Source: an uncultured virus (IMG/VR IMGVR_UViG_3300031890_000412) | Taxonomy: Duplodnaviria > Heunggongvirae > Uroviricota > Caudoviricetes | Reading direction: 5' to 3' (one strand) | Length of the DNA: 63,723 nt | IMG/VR virus record: IMGVR_UViG_3300031890_000412 | Location: 62,001-125,723 of that record | Shown: piece by piece, positions 7,997-16,336 of the stretch | Layout of the letters: each line of letters begins with the position of its first letter | Position numbering within the stretch: the stretch's first letter is position 1 | Notes under the pieces: generated by a model | Seen by the model: only the letters and a program-made list of their open reading frames with translations | What the model was told of the DNA's origin: nothing | Databases searched by the model: none | Position numbers and translations under genes: made by a program

Positions 7997-8794
7997 TCAG
8001 GCGCCCAACAGCTCCTTCTCGTATTGCGCGCGCTGCGCCTCGACGAACCGCTCGAAGCGCTCGCGCTCGTTGCCCTTGACGTGGGCCCGCTCGACGGCCT
8101 CCTCGACGTCGGTCACCCCGTAGGCCATCGCCTGCGCGGCGCGGGCCTCGAAGTCGTCGACCTTGACGTGCCACAGGATCGTCTGTTGCTGACCCTGGTA
8201 TTCGCCGTGGTCCTTGACCTTCGCGCTCAAGATGACCGCCCGGTCACCGCGTTCCAGGCCGAACAGCGACTGGCTGGACCCCGAGATCTTGATGACCTGA
8301 CCGGCGTCACTCTCCGCGATGATGAACATCGACGGGGAACGGTTCCAGGCGCCCTCGTTGTACTTGGCGTAGCGAATGCTGACCGGGATGTTGGTGACCT
8401 TCTCACCGACCTTGCCCAGGAAGCCCTGGACCAGAGCAGCCCGGCGGGCAGCCTCGGCGTGCGCCTCGTCCCAATCCGCAGCGAACTCGGCCGCAGCCTT
8501 GGCGGCGTTGGCGACCTCGGCGGCTGACGCCTGCTCGGCGCGCAGCTCGTCGCCGTACTCGGCCCACAATGCGTCTTCCTTGGCCCTACGGCGCAAGGTG
8601 TTGACGCTGATGCCGTCGGGGTCCAGCTTGGCACCCATGCAGCGGTAGCAGACGCCGTGGTAGTGGCTGTAGATGCCCGAACCACCGCAGCGAACACAGG
8701 GGCTCGCCACGCGCTCCCAGCGATCCATGCCGGGGTGCGGGTCCTCGTACAGGTGAAGCTCGTAGCTCTTGCCGTTGTACTTCATTCTTGTCAT
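7997..8794 (-). CDS. Zinc-finger (CxxCxGxG) plus OB-fold protein
   Basis: CVRCGGSG..CYRCMG. FLGKVGEKV...AKVKDHGEYQG..QT is typical of phage OB-fold proteins. Confidence 0.7.
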   Translation of the reverse strand: MTRMKYNGKSYELHLYEDPHPGMDRWERVASPCVRCGGSGIYSHYHGVCYRCMGAKLDPDGISVNTLRRRAKEDALWAEYGDELRAEQASAAEVANAAKAAAEFAADWDEAHAEAARRAALVQGFLGKVGEKVTNIPVSIRYAKYNEGAWNRSPSMFIIAESDAGQVIKISGSSQSLFGLERGDRAVILSAKVKDHGEYQGQQQTILWHVKVDDFEARAAQAMAYGVTDVEEAVERAHVKGNERERFERFVEAQRAQYEKELLGA

Positions 8795-8823
8795 GTCGTT
8801 ACCTCCCTTCCACTGAGATGAAC

Positions 8824-8846
8824 GATTTACCTTACAGGTATATTCC
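8824..8846 (-). promoter_or_regulatory. Repeated early promoter/operator, copy 4
   Basis: GGAATATACC-TGTAA-GGTAAATC, nearly identical to copy 1. Confidence 0.7.
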
Positions 8847-8926
8847 TACGTGTGGTACGCGACCCGCTGTTCGCGGTCATACCTGATCCGGTTCCGGTGA
8901 GCGCGCCCCGTCATGCGTGCCATGTG

Positions 8927-9082
8927 TCATTTCTCCCGGTTGAGCTGCTTGTCGGTGATGCCCAACGCTTTTTGCAGTTTGGCAGCCTCTTCGGCCCGTC
9001 CTGGTTGCTGGTACATCCAGCGGATGTAGTTGATCTCTGCCTGACGCTCATAAGCCTGTATTCGCTTACGGATGCTGCCCAC
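8927..9082 (-). CDS. Hypothetical protein, 51 aa
   Basis: Manual ORF from GTG (MGSIRKRIQAYERQAEINY...) after GAGGAGACACC. Confidence 0.65.
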   Translation of the reverse strand: MGSIRKRIQAYERQAEINYIRWMYQQPGRAEEAAKLQKALGITDKQLNREK

Positions 9083-9100
9083 GGTGTCTCCTCACTTGGT

Positions 9101-9120
9101 AGTTTACCTGATAGGTTAAT
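9101..9120 (-). promoter_or_regulatory. Repeated early promoter/operator, copy 5
   Basis: ATTAACC-TATCA-GGTAAACT, with an AT-rich tract upstream (9129-9160). Confidence 0.65.
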
Positions 9121-9200
9121 GTGGTGGTCAAAAAATTTGACGCACAAAAAATCGGGTTTTCATGCGCTGGGCTCGTTAGCTCTTTCCATTGACTGGAACG

Positions 9201-9223
9201 AGTTTACCCCCGGGGTTTATTCC
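9201..9223 (-). promoter_or_regulatory. Repeated early promoter/operator, copy 6
   Basis: GGAATAAACC-CCGGG-GGTAAACT. Confidence 0.65.
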
Positions 9224-9252
9224 ATGACATGTGATCCAGGGGTCCCGGGAGT

Positions 9253-9275
9253 TAGCTCGCTGCTCGGCCGAGCTA
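9253..9275 (-). terminator. Hairpin closing the structural operon
   Basis: TAGCTCG-N9-CGAGCTA immediately downstream of the stop at 9284. Confidence 0.45.
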
Positions 9276-9283
9276 GTAGGCTC

Positions 9284-12200
9284 TCATTTAAGGTAATTCG
9301 GGACGAGCACGGCGCCATAAGCCCAGGCATTAGGGCTGAGGATGGCGGCCTGGCAGCTCACCTCGTTGACCGGCGTGGTGTTGGAGACGATCGCCAGCCC
9401 GGCGTAGCGCAGCGCGGTCACGTCGTGCAGGAAGTTGCCTTCGCCTCCTAACCTGGCAAAATAGCGAATTTGGGCTACATCCGTCCAGGCGTCGTTGAGA
9501 TAGAAGTCCCCGCCCGCGTCACCGGACACCCGCACTTCCAGGGTGTAGATCTGATCGGGCACATCGGGGATCTCGAAGAACGGGGTCTGCAGCAGGTACC
9601 AGAAGCCCGCGATCTTATCGGGGTTGAAGGTGTGCTGGTAGATGTAGACACCGTCGGACAGCCGCCGCAGCCGCAGGATGACCTGGTCCCCGTCGGCCAC
9701 CGGCTTGAAGAACTGGCAGTTGAGCCGGGCCAATGCGTTGGGCACAAAGCCGGTCACCTGGCGGATGTTGACCCCGGCCTCGCCGTACCCGGCCGCCCGG
9801 GTGATGTGCAGCACCCGCTTACCGTTGTAGTTCATGTTGGGGTCGACGTTGATGGACACCACCGCGAACGGCTCGCCCCACACGATGGTGGGGTCGGCCC
9901 ACTTGGCGTTGTCGTCGCCCCAGGTACCCGACGGGACGGTGGAGGGATAGGTGCTGGTGTAGTAGGCCAACTTGGTGGAACTGATATTGGTGTCCAGCGG
10001 ATCCGCCTGGGCCCACATGTCGTCGGAGCGCACCGTGCCCGAGTCGGTGAACTCGAAGTTGACCTTGACGAAGGTGGAGCTGGTGATCAGGTCGGTAAAG
10101 ACGGTGCCTTCCACCACGTCGGTGGAGTTGATCAGCACGGTGTCGAACCAGAACTGCCCGGCCCCCGTGGTGGCCCCCACCACCAGCCCGATCTTTAGCT
10201 CGGTTGCGCCGTCAGGGATCTGGCCGTTGACGGTAACCAGCTGGCCGTGACCGGAGCCCCACAGGCTAGTGCCGGAGGCCGTAATGCTCGTGGTGTCCTG
10301 ATTCAGGAAGTTGCCGTCGGCGTCGTAGTAATTGGCCGCCAGCACCACCGGCGTGCCGGTGGTGACGTGCTGCCACTGCACCCATACGCTGAGCGCGAAG
10401 TTGGCACCGGGCGTGACCTCCGGCCAAGCGGTGACCAAGGCACTCAGCAGCTCCTTTTCGGTGCCGTCGGCGGTGACGGTGGCCGCGCCGTACTGGTATT
10501 TGCCCTGCCCCGGGTCGATCGACCAGCTGCCCTGCGCCTGGTCCCAGTTGTCCAGCGTGGTATCGAACAGGGGGTTCTGGATCTGATAGGTGATACCCGC
10601 CGTGGAGATCGGCCCGCTGGGCAGCTGGACGATGTTGTGGTAGAGCCACTGCTGGGGGTCGTACAGGGAGAACTTGAAGACGGGCGGATCCTGGGTGGCG
10701 ATGTAGCGGGTGACGAATGCGCTGACCTCGCGGACCCCGGCGAAGTAGGCGATCGCCGCGTCACGCACCGCCGTGCGGATGTCGTACTGGTGCACGCTGG
10801 TGGTCAGGAAGCGCAGCCGGTAGGTGGTAGCGGGCTTGCGGTTCAGCGCAGTCTGCAGCGCCTGCGTCAGCCCGGTCATCACGTTGGCGGCCAGCGCCAG
10901 GGTCTGACCGGGCACCACCCAGAAGTCGGTGCCCTGCAGGGGCAGCGACGTCGCGGAGGGGGTGAAGTTGATCAGCGTGTTAAAGGCGCCTGCGATATTG
11001 CCGACCACGTTGTTGATCAGCGGGTTGAGCACCTGCGAGCCGGTGTCATACAGCATGCTGTTGAGATTCTGGGAGGCCAGCACGGCGGTGTTGATCAGCT
11101 CGCGCCGGTAGATCCACGGCGAGGAGATCTCGTTGGTGTTGCCATAAGCTGAGGAGCCCACACTGTTGGGCACCGCCGGGACGGTGGAGGTGGTGTAGCC
11201 CGGGCCCACCTGGACGGTGATCGGGCTGACCGTCGAGTTGAAGATCGAGTTGACGGCGGCGGTGATCGAGTTGGCGTTGAGCCAGTTGACGCTGCCGATG
11301 CCGCCCCCGAGAATCTGCCCGGCCACCGCGAGGATGCCCGCGCTGATCGGCGGGGCGGTCTGGGTCTGGGTCACCGAGATCGGGAAGACCTGATACATCA
11401 CGTTGATGCCGGAGTCGTAGACCGGGTAGGGCTCCTCGGTCAGGTTGGTGAATTCCAGTTGCAGATAGCTGACCATCACCGGGTGCGGGAAGAAGTACTT
11501 GCCTTTCTGGGTGACGTAGTTGGCGAAGATCGGGGTCCAGATTTTGGACTCGTAGAAGCTGGCGTGCCCGCCACCGCACGGCATGTCCTGCAGCGTCCAG
11601 TCCACCGCCAGGATGGCGTCGTCCAGCGTGGTGGACGGCACCCTGCCGGTGTGGGGATCCGGCTGCACCGGATCGGGGTTGACGTAGACCGAGGGGTTCG
11701 CCTGGAAAGCCTGGTAGGAGTTGGTGTAGCTGTCCAGCTTGACCACTAGCGCGGTCATGACCCCCTGGAAATCCTTGTAACCCACCTCGCCGTCGAAGGT
11801 GATCTTGGTGGGCAGGTTGGGAGCGGGCAGTGTGGTGTTGACCAGGCTGGTGCCGTCGGGCAGCACCACCGACAGGAAGACCTGCGGCACCGGACTGCTG
11901 TAGACCCACCCGGCCACGATGCGCAGCGGGATGTACGGTGCCGGGGGCGGGTAGAGGGACGCCGAGAAGAGGATCGGGGTTTCCCCGTTGGTGAATTCGA
12001 GCACCACTTCCAGGGCACCGCAGTCGAAGGAGAGCACGGGCCAGTACTGATCACCCCCGGCATTGGGCGGGAAGACCCCGGTCACGGTGGTGACCACCTT
12101 GATGGTGGGCTGCGGGATGCCGGTCAGCGAGTCGGTGTACTGCAGCAGCGGCACCGGCTGCTGACCCAGCGCCCCGTAGAAGCTCGCCGCCCACGGGCCC

Positions 12201-13402
12201 CCGGCATTCCCGGTCACCATGATGTTGCCGATGCCCAGCAGGGATTCCAGGGCTGCCTGGATGTCGTCTCCGGTGGCGGTATCGGTCAGCGGGCCGGTGT
12301 AGTTGATGCCGTCGAGGCTCAGCGCGAACGAGCCGCCGGTCGCCGTGCCGTTGAGGGAGATCATCTGCACGGCGCTGATCCCCGGCGCGACACCGAACAG
12401 GGTGGGGTTGACCGGCGGCGCGTTAGTCACCGGGTCGAAGTTCGGTGTCCACACCACCCCGATCCACGCGGGCTGGCTGATCTGTGGCCCAACTGCCATG
12501 GGTACCACGTAGACACTGGTCTGACCGGGGTCGGAGATGTCGATCAGCCCGATCCCAGCCGTCCACTGGGTGTTCTCGTCGAGATCCGGCGGCAAGCTGA
12601 TCGGGCTCAACTTGCGGGTCCCCACCGTGTCGTCGGTCGAATAATAAACATTTAAATTCTGGTTGGTGTAGACGGGGTCCAGGTACAGCGTGTCGATTAG
12701 CTGCGGCGTGCCATCGGGGTTGCGGAAGTCCAGGTAGAGACTGACCACCGCGTCGGGGCCGGGCTGCGGAGAACACTTCCAGAAGGTGGTGGGCTTGTCG
12801 TCGATCGCATCGGGAGCGTCCCAGTCCTGGATGTATTTGGTGATAACGTTGCCCAGCGCGTCCTGCTCGGGCTCCATGGCCTGGGTGCCATCGTTGCGGG
12901 CGTAGATGTTGCGCCGGATCAGCCCGTTGCGCAACCCGATGTTGAACGGCCGGTTGCCCAACGTGAGATCGAGGTTACGGCTGATGCGGAACTGCACCGC
13001 CCGAGCCACGATCGGGTAGGTGTAGACGTGGTACTTGTACCAGGAAACCTCCTGGCTGGGCGCCAGCGTGATGGTCATCGGCTGGTAGTTCTCGTCCCGC
13101 ATCTGGATCCAGTTGTTGTTGCGATCCTTGTACCAGACGTTAAAGGTGCAGGCCACCCGCATGATCTCGATCGAGAACTCCCCGATGGACAGCGGCAGCT
13201 TGAAGTTGATGGTCAGGATCTCCTGGGTGGGGTCGCTGCTCGGCCGGGGCTGGGAGAACCACACTCGGGCCACCGGCAGGTCGGCCAGCTGCGGCACGTT
13301 GGGTGCGTACTGCTGGTTGGAGATCAGGTCGTTGAGCAGGTTCACCAGCGTCAGTGGCCAGTGGTAGTTCAGGTACATGCCGTCCAGGGCGCTACCGACC
13401 AT
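9284..13402 (-). CDS. Large baseplate/minor tail protein with carbohydrate-binding-like modules
   Basis: 1372 aa, beta-rich. NPLFD..LDNW...FWFD resembles a CBM. Last gene of the baseplate cluster. Confidence 0.75.
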   Translation of the reverse strand: MVGSALDGMYLNYHWPLTLVNLLNDLISNQQYAPNVPQLADLPVARVWFSQPRPSSDPTQEILTINFKLPLSIGEFSIEIMRVACTFNVWYKDRNNNWIQMRDENYQPMTITLAPSQEVSWYKYHVYTYPIVARAVQFRISRNLDLTLGNRPFNIGLRNGLIRRNIYARNDGTQAMEPEQDALGNVITKYIQDWDAPDAIDDKPTTFWKCSPQPGPDAVVSLYLDFRNPDGTPQLIDTLYLDPVYTNQNLNVYYSTDDTVGTRKLSPISLPPDLDENTQWTAGIGLIDISDPGQTSVYVVPMAVGPQISQPAWIGVVWTPNFDPVTNAPPVNPTLFGVAPGISAVQMISLNGTATGGSFALSLDGINYTGPLTDTATGDDIQAALESLLGIGNIMVTGNAGGPWAASFYGALGQQPVPLLQYTDSLTGIPQPTIKVVTTVTGVFPPNAGGDQYWPVLSFDCGALEVVLEFTNGETPILFSASLYPPPAPYIPLRIVAGWVYSSPVPQVFLSVVLPDGTSLVNTTLPAPNLPTKITFDGEVGYKDFQGVMTALVVKLDSYTNSYQAFQANPSVYVNPDPVQPDPHTGRVPSTTLDDAILAVDWTLQDMPCGGGHASFYESKIWTPIFANYVTQKGKYFFPHPVMVSYLQLEFTNLTEEPYPVYDSGINVMYQVFPISVTQTQTAPPISAGILAVAGQILGGGIGSVNWLNANSITAAVNSIFNSTVSPITVQVGPGYTTSTVPAVPNSVGSSAYGNTNEISSPWIYRRELINTAVLASQNLNSMLYDTGSQVLNPLINNVVGNIAGAFNTLINFTPSATSLPLQGTDFWVVPGQTLALAANVMTGLTQALQTALNRKPATTYRLRFLTTSVHQYDIRTAVRDAAIAYFAGVREVSAFVTRYIATQDPPVFKFSLYDPQQWLYHNIVQLPSGPISTAGITYQIQNPLFDTTLDNWDQAQGSWSIDPGQGKYQYGAATVTADGTEKELLSALVTAWPEVTPGANFALSVWVQWQHVTTGTPVVLAANYYDADGNFLNQDTTSITASGTSLWGSGHGQLVTVNGQIPDGATELKIGLVVGATTGAGQFWFDTVLINSTDVVEGTVFTDLITSSTFVKVNFEFTDSGTVRSDDMWAQADPLDTNISSTKLAYYTSTYPSTVPSGTWGDDNAKWADPTIVWGEPFAVVSINVDPNMNYNGKRVLHITRAAGYGEAGVNIRQVTGFVPNALARLNCQFFKPVADGDQVILRLRRLSDGVYIYQHTFNPDKIAGFWYLLQTPFFEIPDVPDQIYTLEVRVSGDAGGDFYLNDAWTDVAQIRYFARLGGEGNFLHDVTALRYAGLAIVSNTTPVNEVSCQAAILSPNAWAYGAVLVPNYLK

Positions 13403-13417
13403 CGTGCTCCCCCGTCA

Positions 13418-16327
13418 TCATGACGACGTGCTCGCTCCCGCCGGTGCCCCCGACGACGTCGTGAAAGCCCCGGCCACCCAGCCGGTGGAAGTGCTGATCA
13501 ACGGGCGCGCACGGGTGAGCGACCTGGACACTGTGGACTCCTGGGTCGGCGCGATGTAGGCGATGGCCAGATCGGGGGTGAACACCTCCTTGGTGATCGC
13601 GGATTGCCCGAGCGGCAGCCGGAAGTGGAACTGGTCGGCCTGCCCGCCCATGCTCTGCACCTGGGTGATCTTGGCCGCGATGTAGGTCTGCTCGGACGGC
13701 CAGGGGAACACGTAGGGGGTGCCGTCGGGATTGACCGCCGGGGCATTCGCCGGAGTCTTGCCGAACTTGCCGCCCGGGTAATTGTCTGGGCTGTCGATGA
13801 TGTCGTAGGTCTGCCAGGGCCCGTAGTTGGACACCGAGGTGAAAGCCTCGAAGTTCTGCGCTGGCCGGTAGGTCCGCATGGGATCGGGCGCGGGTACCAC
13901 GTAGGGGACGGAACGGCTGGCGAACGTGTTGAGGTAGTCGCGCGCGATCTGGTAGCCACTGCGGGGATCCCCGGCGATCTGGGTGACCGTGTCGTAGGTG
14001 GCGTGCGGGTCCTCGGTGGACGCGTAAGACACCGTGGCCAAGATGTCGGCCTCCACCTGGGCCACGTTCACCGGCGCGGTGGGGAACTGCCGCGTGATGA
14101 CGCCCGGGTCACCCGCATAGGCGGCGATCGTCGCGTCGAAAATGGTTGCCGCCCACAGGTCGTCAGTGGTGTTCCCATGGGTGCACAGCAGGTCGTCGGG
14201 GTTAGCGAACTCCCACCACAGGGACTCGGTACCGCTGAGCCGGTTGGCCGAGATGCCGTGGCCGCCGGGATCGGTGCCCTCGGGGAAGATGACGCCCGCC
14301 TCACGCCGGGGGGAGCCGAAAGACACCGCGCCCAGCAGATCCACCCGGCGGTGTTGCATGGCGCCGGTGCGCAGCTGGTCATAGACCGTGGAGGTGACGA
14401 TGGCCCCGATCCCCCGCCCGATCAGCAGGAAGGGCCCGATGTTGCGGTTGATCATGATGATCAGAGCGGAAACGGCCGCGTCAATGCCCTCTTGTAGCGG
14501 CAGCTCGTTCAGCATGGGCCACGGCACGTAGACGTAGCGGATGCGCGAGTCCAGCTTGCCGTCGAACCACGAGGTGGGGGGATTGGCCAAGTAGTCGGTG
14601 ACCTCGTAGCAGGTGACCTGGGTGGTGACCGCAGGCGGGGCCAGCGCCGCCAGGCTGGGGATGGACAGGCTGTTGATGTAGTCGGCGCCGATCTGGATGC
14701 AGTTGCGCGCGTCACCGGGGACCGGGTGGTAGTTGGGGTTCTGGTAGAGCCCGTGCGCACTGTTGGTGACCACGCCGTAGAACAGATCCAGGAAGTTCTG
14801 CAGGAGGATCTCGGCGTTGGTGATGGCGCCGGTGAGCAGCGCGGCCAGCGGGGACAGGATGCCGTTGTAGCTGTTGTAGATCAGCTGGTACACGGCTTCG
14901 TTGTTGGAGCCGGGGACGGTGTCGTGATTAGTGCAGATGAGATCGCCGGGTGCGGCGAACTCCCACCACAGCGGCTCACAGTCCTGCAGCAGCTCCCAGC
15001 CCTGCACGCCGTGCCCGCCCGGGTCTGGGCACATCGGGAAGGTGACGCCGGGCTGGCGCCGTGGGTTGCCGAAGGCCAGGCCAGCCAGCAGGTCTGGGCG
15101 CCGGGCCTGCAGTGAGCCGGTGCGGATCTGGTCATAGACGTCGCTGATGATGGTGGCGCCCTGGTCGTAGCCCACCAGGATGAAGGGGCCCGGGATCGAG
15201 TTGATCGCACCGATCAGGTTGGCCACTCCTTGGGCCACGCTCTGGTTCATCGGGTAGAGGTCAGCCTGGTAGGGCACCGGGACCCACTGGAAGAAGTCGG
15301 CGTTCAGGTTTTGGGAAAACCAGTCGTCGGTGGGCACGCCCAAAGCCACGTTGCTGACCAGGTTGAAGGCTCCCGACAGCTCGAAGACGGTGACTTTCAC
15401 CGGCCCGAAAGGGTTGATGGTGCCGTAGGTCACCGAGTCGATCGGGCTGCGGCTACCCCCGCCCACCAGGTAGTAGTATGCATACTCCTGGCTGATGTTG
15501 AACTGCGCGTACGGCGCCAGTGTGGGATCGCCGGAATACATCCACGTCTCGGTGGGCAGCAGGTCGATGGGCAGCAGATCCGGCGGCGGCAGCTGACTCA
15601 TAATCGGGGTCGGCGTGACGATTTTCTGGACCTCGAAGTAAGTCGAGTCGGCGGCGGCCGCCACCGCGAACACCGGGGTGAGCACCGGAATCCCGTGGAC
15701 GTTGACGGTGATGACGATGTCGATGCTCATGAACCGGGAGAGCATGTCGCGCACCAGCCGCATCTCCTCGGGCCCCATGGAATCCTTGTGCGGCTTGATC
15801 ACCAGCTCGTTGCGTGCGCTGGACGGGGAGCGCCCCATGTCTAGGGTGATGCCGAAATTATCGATGTACCTCCATATTTCAAACGTGTCGCAGTCCACCG
15901 ACGACGCGGCCTGCACACACATGCGCACACCCTCGACGGTCGAACCCAGTCCGCAGGCCTTGAAGAAGTCGCGGATGCGCGCCCGGTACCACGCATCCTT
16001 GACCCTGACTTCGTTCCACTGCGGGGCCGTCAGGGTGTCCCGCGAGGGGTTGTAGGGGTAGGACTCCTCGGGTGCGCGGACCAGGATGGCGGTGTTGCCA
16101 AAGACATAGTCGAGGTCGGTGCCAAAGATCGTCTCCATGGCACCGGCCAGCCGGGCGACGAACACCTCGTTGACCAGTCCGCCCGCCCCGCAGGTGCCGC
16201 AGATGGCGTCGATCAGCTTGTACAGGTTGGTATCCGGCGTGCCGACATAAGCGGTGTCGTCGCAGTGCATCAAGAGCATCTCGGTGCTCTTGGGAGGCAT
16301 CCACGGCCAGGGGTTGTTGGTTGGGAT
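13418..16327 (-). CDS. Baseplate wedge (gpI-like) protein with two inserted cutinase/LysB-like domains; start ATC 16327 or ATG 16300
   Basis: Follows baseplate J. Two repeats contain GPF.L.G-x-x-x-GA, FG(N/S)PRR, GGHG, WWEFA..DL.C and a distal His. The nucleophile elbows read GYDQG and GRGIG. Confidence 0.75.
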   Translation of the reverse strand: MPTNNPWPWMPPKSTEMLLMHCDDTAYVGTPDTNLYKLIDAICGTCGAGGLVNEVFVARLAGAMETIFGTDLDYVFGNTAILVRAPEESYPYNPSRDTLTAPQWNEVRVKDAWYRARIRDFFKACGLGSTVEGVRMCVQAASSVDCDTFEIWRYIDNFGITLDMGRSPSSARNELVIKPHKDSMGPEEMRLVRDMLSRFMSIDIVITVNVHGIPVLTPVFAVAAAADSTYFEVQKIVTPTPIMSQLPPPDLLPIDLLPTETWMYSGDPTLAPYAQFNISQEYAYYYLVGGGSRSPIDSVTYGTINPFGPVKVTVFELSGAFNLVSNVALGVPTDDWFSQNLNADFFQWVPVPYQADLYPMNQSVAQGVANLIGAINSIPGPFILVGYDQGATIISDVYDQIRTGSLQARRPDLLAGLAFGNPRRQPGVTFPMCPDPGGHGVQGWELLQDCEPLWWEFAAPGDLICTNHDTVPGSNNEAVYQLIYNSYNGILSPLAALLTGAITNAEILLQNFLDLFYGVVTNSAHGLYQNPNYHPVPGDARNCIQIGADYINSLSIPSLAALAPPAVTTQVTCYEVTDYLANPPTSWFDGKLDSRIRYVYVPWPMLNELPLQEGIDAAVSALIIMINRNIGPFLLIGRGIGAIVTSTVYDQLRTGAMQHRRVDLLGAVSFGSPRREAGVIFPEGTDPGGHGISANRLSGTESLWWEFANPDDLLCTHGNTTDDLWAATIFDATIAAYAGDPGVITRQFPTAPVNVAQVEADILATVSYASTEDPHATYDTVTQIAGDPRSGYQIARDYLNTFASRSVPYVVPAPDPMRTYRPAQNFEAFTSVSNYGPWQTYDIIDSPDNYPGGKFGKTPANAPAVNPDGTPYVFPWPSEQTYIAAKITQVQSMGGQADQFHFRLPLGQSAITKEVFTPDLAIAYIAPTQESTVSRSLTRARPLISTSTGWVAGAFTTSSGAPAGASTSS

Positions 16328-16336
16328 GGTGTCCTC

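Noticed and set aside
13418..16300. Lysin B or lysis cassette
   Set aside because: The cutinase domains are fused inside a baseplate protein and lack the catalytic Ser. No lysin A or holin lies nearby.
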